Positions 35,831 to 46,180 are shown, numbered from the stretch's first letter. The stretch: 46,355 nucleotides of DNA from Hormoscilla sp. (GCA_051439505.1 JBFRWI010000038.1:1-46355), one strand, 5' to 3'. Notes: generated by a model from the letters alone, not told the origin. Numbers and translations are program-made.

Positions 35831-38605
35831 TTAACTGCGATCGCTTAAATATGGTTCGAGAAATAATTGAATTTTCTCTCCTTCAAATTCCTCAGTAAAT
35901 TGCAGAATTTTTTGAGCAAACCAAATATATTTATCATCTTCTTGTTGCAGTTTGGCAATAAGATCTTCAATATTAAAAAATAGTCCACCTCTAGAAAGTT
36001 CGTATATTTCTGTCAATACTTCCGCAGGGGGAACGATTTCTGCTAGTTTCTTTGATTCAGACTGTACTGTTTCTATTGGTTGTTCGTAAATCCATTCCAG
36101 TTTGAGATGAGCTTGGAGTTTTTCCAACAGATGCTCCGTGACGATCGGTTTGGGCAGAAAATCGTCGCACCCAGCTTCGCGACTTTTTTGGCGATCGCTT
36201 TCATAAGCGCTAGCAGAAGAAGCAATGATCGGCAACTGTTTAAATTCTGCTTTACTCCGCAAGCGTCGAATCATCTCCACCCCATCCATAACTGGCATGA
36301 ACATGTCAGAAATTATCAAATCCGGTCGCTTTTTGCTTGCCATTTCTAAACCTTCTTCCCCATTTCCCGCTTCCCAAATAATAAAGCCAATTGGTTCGAG
36401 CAAACGGCGTAAAATCACTTTATTTTCCCAGTTGTCATCTACCAGCAAAATTTTACGCTGCTTGCCCACATATTCCTTGATTATACCAAGATCTGTATCG
36501 GTTGCTTGACTGGTATTAATCGCTGGTACATCTAAATCAAACCAAAAGGTAGTGCCTGCTCCCAAGAAGCTGCGCACTTGGATATTTGCACCCATCATCT
36601 CTGCGATCTGCTGACTGATCGCCAGTCCTAAACCGGTTCCCTGACTGCGGCGGGAAGTTTCCCCCACTTGCTCGAAAGGTAAAAATATTTTTGCCACTTG
36701 TTCGGGACTCATCCCCACTCCCGTATCTTCCACTTGGAAGCGAAGCAGTAAATTTGGGCTTGGTTCTGATTCCTTTTTTCCCCCATCATGCATAATCTTT
36801 ATTTGTAAAGTAACTCCTCCGTTATCTGTAAACTTAATGGCATTGCCCAGCAGATTAATTAGCACTTGGCGCAGTCGTTTTTCATCCTCATATATGCCCT
36901 CTGGCAATTCCCGATCGCCTTCATAGGTAAAGGAGATGCCCTTTTGAGAGGCTTTGATGCGACACATTTCTATTACCCCTTGCAAAAAGGTAGGTAAATG
37001 GATCTCCTTGGGGTACAACTCCATTTTTCGGGCTTCTATCTTGCTCAAGTCCAGAATATCATTAATCAGTTCCAGCAAGTGAGTACCGCATTGATGGATG
37101 ACATTGATGCCATCTTTTTGTGGCTTGTCTAAGCTCCGGTCCTGTTGAAATATTTGGGCATATCCGAGAATACCGTTAAGAGGAGTCCGCAATTCGTGAG
37201 ACATGCTGGAGAGAAATTGGCTTTTGGCTGAATTAGCAGCATCTGCTGCTTCTTTAGCTGCTTCCGCTTCTTCTTTAGCTTCCTTGAGTTGTACAGTTCT
37301 TTCTTCTACTTTATATTCGAGAGTGCGGGAATATTCTTCTAATTGCTGGTTGGCAGCAGCTAGCTGACTGTTTGCTAACTTTAGTTCCCACTGTTTGTAG
37401 AGATTAGTGGTGACGATCGCCCCAAGACTCAGTGCAGTTAGCGGTGCAACTACAGGCAGCAGCGTCCCTTGTAAGAAAACTAGATAAGCAGTCCCAATTA
37501 ACAACAAACCTGCCCCCACATTTGCCAGTAGCATTTGGCTAACTATCAACTGGCGCTGTTGGTGTTTCTTGCTTTCTAGCAGCCAAGTCCCTACTACTCC
37601 AATAACCGACCAGATCGAGATCCACAGCCATGTTTCCATTGCTGTTAAGCCGCGCATCAAGGGACGTCCTGATAAAGCACTGCTAATTATCTGGCTCGCT
37701 AAATTGGCATGTACCACAACTCCAGGCATGGGACCGAGGTGTGCAAAGGGAGCACCGCTGTAGGGCGTCTGAAAAAAATCCTTAACGCTGTCGGCGCTGC
37801 TGCCAATTAAGACGATGCGATCGCGCATTTTTCCTGGTTCTACTTGTCCTGTTAAGACAGATGTCATAGAAACTGTTTCAAAAGAGGTTATTGGTCCTCT
37901 CCAATTCATCAATATCTGATAACCGCCCAGATCGTCTTTTTCTCTGTAGCCCGCATCTCCTGACTTCAAGGGGGTAAAAATAGCTTGACCCAGTTTTAAT
38001 TTCTGCTGTTCTTCATTGAACATTTCTAAAGTAATGCCCTGGGTTTCTAGATACATCAATGCTACGCGAGTCGCTAAAGTTAACTTCACCTCATTACCAT
38101 CTTGGGCTGAGAGCAATGCCCGGCGAATGTTGCCATCGCTATCCAGGATCACGTTTGCCAAAGCTACTTGGCCTAATTCCTGCAAAACTGGTGGCGGTCC
38201 CACTCTATTGCCGATTATTTTCTCCACCCCAATCAAGTTTGGCATCGTTCTAAATACTTCCAGCAATTGCTCGTGACCCGGTTCTTCGGGCAAATCCCGG
38301 AACATATCCATACCAATAACCGCAGGTTGTTGCGATCGCACTTTAGAAAGCAACTCTGCCAGCACCCCATCGGGAATTGGCCAGTCTCCCACCGCTGCAA
38401 TATCCGGTTCGTCAATGGTGACAACCACAATCTCCTCCGACGGTGGATCCAAAGGACGCCGCCGAAAAAATTCATCCCGTACCGCCTCTTCCAACAATTG
38501 AAAAGCACCTAAAAAACTCCCAGCACTCACCAAAAAAGCAATACTAGGAGCTGTTATTAACGGCACTCGCCACTGCTCGATCCGCCCTTGCAGTTTTTGC
38601 CACAT
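35831..38605 (-). CDS. CHASE2-domain hybrid histidine kinase / receiver
   Basis: CHASE2 (IVVVTIDE..WPIPD..GMDMFRD, MPGVVVHAN), 3 TM, H-box MSHELRTPLN, GTGLGL, receiver ILLVDD/IISDMFMP/FLPKP. Confidence 0.93.
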   Translation of the reverse strand: MWQKLQGRIEQWRVPLITAPSIAFLVSAGSFLGAFQLLEEAVRDEFFRRRPLDPPSEEIVVVTIDEPDIAAVGDWPIPDGVLAELLSKVRSQQPAVIGMDMFRDLPEEPGHEQLLEVFRTMPNLIGVEKIIGNRVGPPPVLQELGQVALANVILDSDGNIRRALLSAQDGNEVKLTLATRVALMYLETQGITLEMFNEEQQKLKLGQAIFTPLKSGDAGYREKDDLGGYQILMNWRGPITSFETVSMTSVLTGQVEPGKMRDRIVLIGSSADSVKDFFQTPYSGAPFAHLGPMPGVVVHANLASQIISSALSGRPLMRGLTAMETWLWISIWSVIGVVGTWLLESKKHQQRQLIVSQMLLANVGAGLLLIGTAYLVFLQGTLLPVVAPLTALSLGAIVTTNLYKQWELKLANSQLAAANQQLEEYSRTLEYKVEERTVQLKEAKEEAEAAKEAADAANSAKSQFLSSMSHELRTPLNGILGYAQIFQQDRSLDKPQKDGINVIHQCGTHLLELINDILDLSKIEARKMELYPKEIHLPTFLQGVIEMCRIKASQKGISFTYEGDRELPEGIYEDEKRLRQVLINLLGNAIKFTDNGGVTLQIKIMHDGGKKESEPSPNLLLRFQVEDTGVGMSPEQVAKIFLPFEQVGETSRRSQGTGLGLAISQQIAEMMGANIQVRSFLGAGTTFWFDLDVPAINTSQATDTDLGIIKEYVGKQRKILLVDDNWENKVILRRLLEPIGFIIWEAGNGEEGLEMASKKRPDLIISDMFMPVMDGVEMIRRLRSKAEFKQLPIIASSASAYESDRQKSREAGCDDFLPKPIVTEHLLEKLQAHLKLEWIYEQPIETVQSESKKLAEIVPPAEVLTEIYELSRGGLFFNIEDLIAKLQQEDDKYIWFAQKILQFTEEFEGEKIQLFLEPYLSDRS

Positions 38606-38608
38606 TTT

Positions 38609-39313
38609 CTAGTTTCCAAACGAAACATTAACCATGTCGTTTAAGCCCACCGAGCCCAGCAATTCTTCCCAGTGCCTGGCGATCTCCCGATCGCTTGGTT
38701 CATTTTTCCGCAATTCGCTCATGCTTGCCAGTGTATCATACCAAATTCCTGCCGAACCATAAGCTTTTGCTGCTTCCAAGAGGTTGCCAGTGCTTTGGGC
38801 GGGCAACAGGGCCTCGGACGGTTCAATCCGCTTAATCCATCCTTCCGCCGGATCGTTGGGGCGCAAGCTGCCGGCGCACTTCACGCCAAAATACCATTTG
38901 TAGGTTTCCCCTACCTCCAGCGCCGGTGCCGTTTCTGGCAGTTTAATGGTGATAATTTCGGCTTTTCCAGACAGAGGAACTGTCATTCTTTGGACCATGC
39001 GCTTGTCTGAAGTTTTCAGTGCAAACAATGCTTCCCTGGCGCTAGTTTCCGGGACGTATACCAAAATCTCCGGATGAGCCGATACCGTCGTTCCGTAATT
39101 TTCCCGAGGAAGCAAAACCCTTACTGCTGCTTTCACCGCTGCCTGGGTCGATCCGCATACTTGGCCGCTGCGAGAAGATGCTGCTTGTCCTTGCTGGGGC
39201 GCTGGTGCATTCTTGGATGGGGTAAATGTCACCCCCCTGGCCAATCCCGCACTCATCGTCGTGGCGATCGCGATCGTAGTGATTATTCCTATCGTTCCCT
39301 TTACTATTTCCAT
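38609..39313 (-). CDS. DUF928 family protein with signal peptide
   Basis: GTTVSAHPEILVYVP, LEVGETYKW, GWIKR, YGSAGIWYDTL, WEELLGSVGL. Start could be 39331. Confidence 0.88.
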   Translation of the reverse strand: MEIVKGTIGIITTIAIATTMSAGLARGVTFTPSKNAPAPQQGQAASSRSGQVCGSTQAAVKAAVRVLLPRENYGTTVSAHPEILVYVPETSAREALFALKTSDKRMVQRMTVPLSGKAEIITIKLPETAPALEVGETYKWYFGVKCAGSLRPNDPAEGWIKRIEPSEALLPAQSTGNLLEAAKAYGSAGIWYDTLASMSELRKNEPSDREIARHWEELLGSVGLNDMVNVSFGN

Positions 39314-39617
39314 CTTTCCTCTCCTTTTCACCGGTCTCTCTTTTCCTGATTTTCTCCGATCTTTTTGATTTTCTATGTTCCTCTATTTCTTGATTTTTCC
39401 ACTATCTCTCTTTTCTGCTGTGATCTAACTCACATTTTTCTTCTTCCTTTTGATAGGAATGTGGTCTTGCGCCCGTTGGTACTCGGCGGAGCCGCCCGAA
39501 CCCGTGAACTCACGTTATGGGAGATCTTGGCAGCTAAATAAACCCAACTTTACATAGATAGAGAGTTCGCTTTGCCAACAGTTCTTTGCCGAGATCGTTG
39601 TAGTATAAACTCAATCG

Positions 39618-39647
39618 GCAATCCTGTAGATTAATCTACAGGATTGC
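39618..39647. terminator. Perfect 30-bp palindrome downstream of the CHAT gene
   Basis: GCAATCCTGTAGATTAATCTACAGGATTGC. Confidence 0.5.
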
Positions 39648-39684
39648 ACTGATTTTAACTAGCGATCGAAGCATCGATCGTCAG

Positions 39685-42246
39685 TTATAACCAATTGCCA
39701 ACCAGCACGAAGGGCGCCCAGAAAAAGGGTTCTGAGTAATGGGAATTAGCTAGCAAGGTCAACTGGGCCCGACGCACAGCCTCGGCTTTGGTGACTCCAG
39801 GTTGTTGCAACTGCTTGTAAAACTCGCTCATAAACAGGGCCGTAGATTGGTCCCGTACCCGCCACAGGGTTGCGAGGGTCGATCGGGCCCCGGATTTAAC
39901 GGCCATTCCAGCTAAACCTAACACGGCCCGGTCGTCGCCAGCAGCAGTTTCGCAAGCACTCAGAACCAATAGCTCGATCGCGCCGACTTCAGCAATTTCT
40001 CGACGCTGCAATAACTCGTCTAACTCCTGCACGTTCAGGCGACCGTCCCAAGTGAGCAAAAAGGTCTCATCCGCGTTAGAACTAAATTGACCGTGGGTAG
40101 CTAAATGTACTACAGGGGACGGATTTTTATTAAATTGGTCTACCACAGAGTCCCTAGTGAAGTCCGAATTGAGCAGCACCTCCGCCGGGAACTGCTGAGC
40201 AATTTGAGCCAGTTCCACTTCCACTGCTGGCAGGTCAGAAAATCCTTGCCGCCGTTCGCTGACGCCACCCATCATCAAACTGAGTTTTGCTTCTGTAGAG
40301 AGCGCTTGCGTCTCGATCAGTTGCAATCCTGGGGAAAGCGCCACATTATATCGTTCTATTAGATATTGCGAGCCGTCGTGCAAAGCTGCCATCGGTAGAT
40401 TCCGCAGAATCCCATCGAGTACGAAAACCAGGGTATCCGCCCCTGCTAGGGCCCCATCCGCAGCAGCTGGCAAGATCAGCCAGTTATAAACTTGTTGAGA
40501 AATTTTCAACCGATCGGCATTATCGTACAGGGGGCTGAGGTGAGTAATCATGTTTTTAACGGTGTTCTCTACCTCAGTTTGGGAAACTGGCGTAGCGTAG
40601 TAACGCAGGGGTTGACCGGGAGATGAGATAATCACCGCTAAGCGATCGCTCAAGATAATGGGATAGACAGCCGTCGCCTGGGAATCGATGCGATCGATTT
40701 CCACCGGTTGAGCGTCCAAACAAGCTTCTCGAAAGAAATTATCTAATTCTGCCAATTGCAAGGCTTCAATCAGTTCGCGAGTCCGTTTTAAGTTTTCTTG
40801 ACTGACAGTTTGGGTCTTTTCCTGACCGATGGGTGGCAGTAGCAGCGCCATCAATTCACGATAAACTGGTTCGACCCGGGTCTTAAAAGTAAACTGCACT
40901 TCCGGATTAATCGCCACTAGGTCGCTGCGCAGGGATTGCAAAGCATTGACTGCTTGATTGTAGGATGCGATCGCCTCCTGTTGCTGTCCGAATTTAACTT
41001 GCAGGCGACCCAACTGCCAAGCCGAGCGAGCTATAATATCCGCTGCTTGTAAGTCTTGGGCAATTTTCAAGGATTGCTCGGTCAGCTTCATTGCCTCCGA
41101 CTCTTGAGAGTTTTGGGCGTACAGCTGTCCCCATTTTGCCAATGCTTGAGCTTCAGCACGGTCATCTTGGAGGGTTTGAGCCGAGCGCACTGCTGCTGCT
41201 AGCAACTGATTCGTATCCGACCAATCGATCTGCTGTCCGTGACTTTCCATGTCTAGCACGCTTTCGGCGAAGTTCACCGTACTTTCTATGGCCATGCGAC
41301 TAGCTGGCATTGATTTCAGTTGGCTTCCGATTTTCGGCACTAGCGCTTTGGCCTGAGACCACTGTTTTAATCTCCCATAAAGACGCAGTTGGTTTAGTTG
41401 GGCTGACAGTTTCGCTTGGGGATGCATAGCCGCTGCTTCTGCTTGCAAGAAATAGGATAGTGCCGTTTCTGAAGCCGATCGATCGAGGGCAGCATTACCC
41501 AAACTTAACAGCGTCGTGCTAACTTCAGCCGTCGCGCCAATTTCCCGGGCCACCTTCAAAGCTTGCTTTAATATCTCCTCACTGCCTTTGCTATTCCCCA
41601 CTACGTGCAAGGCGAGTCCCAAACTTCGCAAACCACTAGCTTTCATCTGTGAATCTGGCATTGAGTCTAGTTGCTTGGCTGCCTCCTGTAACAGACTCTG
41701 CGATCGACGGTAAAATCCCAACCTTTGCAATGCCCTGGCTCTATTTATTCTACTGCCTAAGACCCCCGTTTCATCCCCAGCTTGCTCGTAAAATGTTTCC
41801 GCCCGTTCCCAAGTCTCGATCGCCTCTTGATAATTTCCCCTTGCCAACAGCAGACTTCCTTTACTGTTGAATGCTTGGGCCAGCAAGATGGCATCAACTT
41901 TTTGCTCCGAAGTCCCCTCCAGGATCTCGATGCTTTTTTCCACAGTTTGGGCCGCCGCCTCCCACTGGGCTAATTCCATCAATGCCAAAGAAAGATAACT
42001 TAAACTCAGACCTATGTTTGGGCGATCGCCTCTATCTGAGTACGTTTGGGCCGCTGCTTGCCAAGCTGCTGCCGCTTCGGCAAAACGTCCGGCTTGATAA
42101 AATGTTCTGCCCGCCTGCAAGCGATCGCCTTTTACCACCGACTGGGAATAACTCTCCTGTTGCACGACTGATATTTCCGTCGCGCTGGTCGGTCTTATCA
42201 AAATCGCCACTGGCAGGGCCACCAATAATAGGGCTAACTTCCACAT
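39685..42246 (-). CDS. TPR + CHAT (caspase-like) domain protein with signal peptide
   Basis: N-terminal MWKLALLLVALPVAILIRPTSA, TPRs, LQLAELDNFFREAC, catalytic HLATHG and LSACETA, FFWAPFVLVGNWL. Confidence 0.93.
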   Translation of the reverse strand: MWKLALLLVALPVAILIRPTSATEISVVQQESYSQSVVKGDRLQAGRTFYQAGRFAEAAAAWQAAAQTYSDRGDRPNIGLSLSYLSLALMELAQWEAAAQTVEKSIEILEGTSEQKVDAILLAQAFNSKGSLLLARGNYQEAIETWERAETFYEQAGDETGVLGSRINRARALQRLGFYRRSQSLLQEAAKQLDSMPDSQMKASGLRSLGLALHVVGNSKGSEEILKQALKVAREIGATAEVSTTLLSLGNAALDRSASETALSYFLQAEAAAMHPQAKLSAQLNQLRLYGRLKQWSQAKALVPKIGSQLKSMPASRMAIESTVNFAESVLDMESHGQQIDWSDTNQLLAAAVRSAQTLQDDRAEAQALAKWGQLYAQNSQESEAMKLTEQSLKIAQDLQAADIIARSAWQLGRLQVKFGQQQEAIASYNQAVNALQSLRSDLVAINPEVQFTFKTRVEPVYRELMALLLPPIGQEKTQTVSQENLKRTRELIEALQLAELDNFFREACLDAQPVEIDRIDSQATAVYPIILSDRLAVIISSPGQPLRYYATPVSQTEVENTVKNMITHLSPLYDNADRLKISQQVYNWLILPAAADGALAGADTLVFVLDGILRNLPMAALHDGSQYLIERYNVALSPGLQLIETQALSTEAKLSLMMGGVSERRQGFSDLPAVEVELAQIAQQFPAEVLLNSDFTRDSVVDQFNKNPSPVVHLATHGQFSSNADETFLLTWDGRLNVQELDELLQRREIAEVGAIELLVLSACETAAGDDRAVLGLAGMAVKSGARSTLATLWRVRDQSTALFMSEFYKQLQQPGVTKAEAVRRAQLTLLANSHYSEPFFWAPFVLVGNWL

Positions 42247-42467
42247 TTTCCTTCTCAACCTTTTTGAATAATTATCTTATGTTTTTTCCTCTCGTAACCT
42301 TTGCACTTCCATTAATTACATCACTTGTCAACTGTCGCGACATTGCATGGATACAAATGCGCTCAACACTTGCTATCAAATTTTTACCCAATGCAATAAT
42401 TTTGAATGATCTAATTTTGAATTGCTTAAGTCCTCTCCATCCTACCTCCACCAAAAGCAGCAGCAAC

Positions 42468-42686
42468 AACCAATTTTGAGCCCGAATAGTCGAGCGTCTG
42501 GATTGTTTTTGCGCATCGTGCCGAATGCAACCCTTTTCGGTCAACCCCGTATTCCCCTGTTTCTATATCAATGATCGCCATCTTCTCGATATTTTATTCT
42601 CGCTCTACCTCCGCACGAATCTTCTTCTCGTATAACTCTTTCGCTCGTCTTTCCACTTCCGAGCTACTTAATAATATAGCTTCCAT
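42468..42686 (-). pseudogene. Decayed small hypothetical gene, not in the ORF track
   Basis: RBS AAAGGAGG, then MEAILLSSSEVERRAKELYEKKIRAEVERE*NIEKMAIIDIETGEYGVD..., and after a frameshift NPDARLFGLKIG. Confidence 0.65.
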
Positions 42687-42905
42687 AGTCTTCCTCCTTT
42701 GTGACTGCTGCAAATTTCTCGCTCTACCTCAACCTCACGCAGAGCGCGAGGGGCGCGGGCGAGCAGTCCATTTGTCTTTTGGTCTCAGATATTGTCGCCC
42801 AAATGCTTCGCCCCTACATAGAATGGCTCGATCGATGGAGTTTTTGCCCCCATATCCTATTTTACCAAGCAAATGTGAAAAACTTAGGGATTACTCCAGA
42901 TTTTT

Positions 42906-45410
42906 TTAATTCTCCCGTCGGGTATTTAAGGGAGAGCCATTACAGCCTCTTACCCTCGCAGCTTGCATTTGGGCCTGATGTACCTGCCGATCGAATAGCA
43001 ACTCAACTGTGCCATCAGGGTGGACTACAATCGCGTTTGCTTCTACTATGCTCTGGTCAGCATTTCGGTGTGGGTCCGACGAGCTGCCGTTTGTGGCCAC
43101 TTCTGACCGAAATGCTGAGAGATCCCGCAAGTCTGTCCAAGGCCGATCGCCCGTCAGTTGCCGTTCCGGGTTGGGAGGTAAACCCCCACGTCCAGTAAGG
43201 ATGAACTGACTGCCTTGAACTGCTCCACAACCTTGGACAATGCGATCGCCCGGTTTGAGGGGATTCTGTGACAACTCTACCAGTCCTGCGGTGGAATCCA
43301 CTTCTGGATTAGTAATCTCAATGAGACCATCGACTCCCAACTCAGAACTCGCCGTGATGCGACTGTCGGGAGAGACCAAAATGCCCCTGGTGACAATGGA
43401 AATGTTGCCACCATTGCCCTCGAAGGCGTTAGCCGTAATGGAGCTGTTTTCCAGAAGGGCGATCGTCGAGCTATTGATGGTGATGTTACCACCGTTACCC
43501 GTACCCCCTGCTGTCGCCGAGATCCCGCTACCGTTTCTCAATAGCAGGCGCGAGTCGAGATTTAGTTCGATGTTTCCTCCTTCACCCGATCGGGTGGAAG
43601 CGGTAATGTCTCCGCCTTTGTTGAGGAAAATGCTCTCGGCATTCACCTGGAGATTGCCTGCACGTCCAGTGCCGTCGTTGCGAACGGTGACTTCCCCTTC
43701 ATCGGTCACCCTCAACCGGGGCGTGTTGATTTCTACGTCCCCTGGAGAGCCCGAGGGAACGGTAGGAAGTCCCAATGCTTGCTGTATGACTTCGCCAAGC
43801 TGATTGGCACTAGAATCGATTAAGCTGGGATTAATCGAGCCGGGCGCGATGCCGCTAACCTCCACAAACTCCGTCCCATTGACGACGACTCTGCCGCCAT
43901 TCCCGAACGCGAAAGTCCCAGAGGTGATTCGTCCTCCATCCCGCACAATTACTACCGATGCGTTAACGATCGTGCTTCCTGCATCCCCTTGACCGACAGT
44001 GGAAGAAGCGATACTGCTCGGAGTCAAAGATCTGGGCTCGGAGCCTAGCAATTCAGCGGTTTCGGTGGCATTGATGAGTATGTTTCCCGCCGAACCCGTT
44101 CCAAAGGTGACCGATACCACGTTACCTCCTCCGCGAAAGCTCAAATTCCTCGTGGAAATCTCAATGTCGCCCCCCGAACCCGTACCTAAGCTGGAGTTGG
44201 AAATCGAGCTTGTCGATAGGGGATCGATGGGAGAAGCGCCAGTTACTTCGATCGACTCGGATGCTCGAATATCAATACCCCCAGGGTTTCCCGATCCTAG
44301 AGTCTGATTTACAATTGCTGCTCCCTCTTCAATCATTAACTGTCGGCTCTCAATTTCCAGATCGCCAGCATTCCCCTCCCCCAGGGTTTCTTGATAAAGG
44401 CTAGAGGGAATGAGTGCGTCGGGAGTCTTCCCTGTTAGGGTTAAAGACTCCGAAGCTTGCACTCGGAGCGAGCCAAACGTCTGAGAACCTAGATTTTGCA
44501 GCAAGGCGATCGACCCGTCTCTCAGGACAATTTGATTGCCGACGATCGCAATTGAACCGACACCCGTGCCACTGACATCGACAGCAGATTGTTCGAGGAG
44601 GCGCACGTCGTTAAAACCCGACACTTCGTCATAGCTTAAACGCCACTGGCTACTTTCAAGAGAACTTGGGGCCGTCAAACCAACAAATCCTTCCGAGACA
44701 CCCCCTAATTCGATTCGTCCTCCTGCGGCCCTCAGAATTGCTCCCTCTAGGCGCACGTCACCCCCCACTAACGCCAGCGTGCGATCGGGGTTAACTTGCA
44801 AGCCCAAACCGTTATCCTCTCGCACAATCGACGCAAAAATTGGATCGGCAGTTGTCAAACTGTGACCTTCACCGCGAACCCGGATCTCTCCGGTTTGCCC
44901 GCCCCATTGCAAACCGATCGGGACGCTGATAGTCAGTAAAGGTTGCGTTTGTTGAGCCGTGGCGCTGAATTGGTAACCGTTTTCAAAGACTATACTATTG
45001 GCAGTCGTTCCGAAAAAGGAACCGCCGATAGAAAGGCGGGCATTTTCTCCAAAGATAATCCCGTTAGGGTTGAGCAAAAACACATTCGCCCTGCCGTTGG
45101 CACGAATTAACCCGTCGATGTTGGATATTTGGCCTCCTGTCACCCGGGTGAGGATGTTGGATATGTCAGCAGCATTGTCAAAAAATGCCTCGCTGCCCGC
45201 AGGCACTGAGAACTCCCTAAAACTGTGAAATAGATTACTTCCAGCCGTTGTTCCTCCTTCAATGATCGAGCTATTGCCTGATGGGGTAACTACCGAGTTG
45301 CTGGGCAATGTGATGTCGGGAATTATTTGCGCTCGGGCAACAGGTGTTAAAAGCAGCGATACCAGCACTGCGCCTGTTACCTTCTTTGCTCTCTGATATA
45401 TTTTGTTCAT
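42906..45410 (-). CDS. Filamentous haemagglutinin N-terminal (TPS) domain protein
   Basis: Signal peptide, NLFHSFREFSV, NVFLLNPNGIIFG, G/N-rich beta-helix repeats, C-terminal SQFILTGRGGLPPNP. Confidence 0.93.
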   Translation of the reverse strand: MNKIYQRAKKVTGAVLVSLLLTPVARAQIIPDITLPSNSVVTPSGNSSIIEGGTTAGSNLFHSFREFSVPAGSEAFFDNAADISNILTRVTGGQISNIDGLIRANGRANVFLLNPNGIIFGENARLSIGGSFFGTTANSIVFENGYQFSATAQQTQPLLTISVPIGLQWGGQTGEIRVRGEGHSLTTADPIFASIVREDNGLGLQVNPDRTLALVGGDVRLEGAILRAAGGRIELGGVSEGFVGLTAPSSLESSQWRLSYDEVSGFNDVRLLEQSAVDVSGTGVGSIAIVGNQIVLRDGSIALLQNLGSQTFGSLRVQASESLTLTGKTPDALIPSSLYQETLGEGNAGDLEIESRQLMIEEGAAIVNQTLGSGNPGGIDIRASESIEVTGASPIDPLSTSSISNSSLGTGSGGDIEISTRNLSFRGGGNVVSVTFGTGSAGNILINATETAELLGSEPRSLTPSSIASSTVGQGDAGSTIVNASVVIVRDGGRITSGTFAFGNGGRVVVNGTEFVEVSGIAPGSINPSLIDSSANQLGEVIQQALGLPTVPSGSPGDVEINTPRLRVTDEGEVTVRNDGTGRAGNLQVNAESIFLNKGGDITASTRSGEGGNIELNLDSRLLLRNGSGISATAGGTGNGGNITINSSTIALLENSSITANAFEGNGGNISIVTRGILVSPDSRITASSELGVDGLIEITNPEVDSTAGLVELSQNPLKPGDRIVQGCGAVQGSQFILTGRGGLPPNPERQLTGDRPWTDLRDLSAFRSEVATNGSSSDPHRNADQSIVEANAIVVHPDGTVELLFDRQVHQAQMQAARVRGCNGSPLNTRREN

Positions 45411-45470
45411 ACTGGGATCTCCTTATTGAGCCGATTTTATCTAGTTGCTTGGGCAAAAGCAACTGCGCTC

Positions 45471-45616
45471 GGGGGTGGTCATGCAGAGAGTTGTAGCACC
45501 GAGCCCCCCAGACCCCCCCCCTCGTTACCTGGCTCCCGCCTGGTAACGCGCGGGGGTTTGGGGGGAGCCGGCGACTGGTCTGGCCCAGGAACGATCGACG
45601 GGTTTTGACCACACCC
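45471..45616. mobile_element. MITE (GGGTGTGGTCAAAA family) with perfect 9-bp TSD
   Basis: ACTGCGCTC at 45462-45470 and 45617-45625; interior similar to 10324-10458 in reverse orientation. Confidence 0.88.
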
Positions 45617-45625
45617 ACTGCGCTC

Positions 45626-45820
45626 CTACACAATCGCCCGGTAACTGGTTCCTTCCGCCGAATTTACCACTGCGACTAACTCTATTGTAGCATCAGGTGT
45701 ACCATCAGGGTGGACTATCCGCAGTGGGCGATCGCTCTTTTGTGGCGATGAGCTGTCGTTTTTGGCCACTTCACCACGAAATGCTGACAAGTCGCGCAAG
45801 TCGGTCCCGGGGCGATCGCC
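45626..45820 (-). pseudogene. Orphan 3' end of a paralogous FHA-family gene
   Basis: GDRPGTDLRDLSAFRGEVAKNDSSS...IVHPDGT versus GDRPWTDLRDLSAFRSEVATNGSSS...VVHPDGT at about 43008-43151; begins at a HIP1 site. Confidence 0.85.
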
Positions 45821-46180
45821 TACTCGATCGGTATGGCAATGATAAACTCCGTTCCCTTCCCCAATTGGGAGTTACAGGTTATGGTGCCGCCATGTTTTTC
45901 TTCTACTATCTGGCGGGCGAAGGTAGGTGTTTCCCCAAAAGGCATTGCGCCTTTTGGAGAAACACCTACCGTATGTGGCATTTTCCCTATCGACGTAATG
46001 TCGATAGGGAAAATGCCACATATCGCCATTCCCAAGCCCGTGCCCTTCCCTACCGCTTTGGTTGTCAATCCCGACTCAAACATTTTACACCTTACCTCAT
46101 CTGTCATGCCAACTCCATTATCTCTAATTCGCACGATCGCCTGTCTTTTGTTAGCTTCTGTGATAATATTAATTTGATTT
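45820..46180 (-). pseudogene. Orphan histidine-kinase HATPase 3' fragment
   Basis: NQINIITE...VRIRDNGVGM...TTKAVGKGTGLGMAI[insert]ARQIVEEKHGG...GKGTEFII; in-frame stop a short way upstream, no N box or H box. Confidence 0.8.
45921..46022. mobile_element. 102-bp double-hairpin element inserted into a HIP1 site
   Basis: Flanked by GCGA and TCGC; 21-bp near-perfect and 23-bp perfect stems with 5-nt loops. Confidence 0.85.

Noticed and set aside
43240..44404. Plus-strand ORFs antisense to the FHA gene
   Set aside because: Antisense shadows of a repetitive beta-helix gene.
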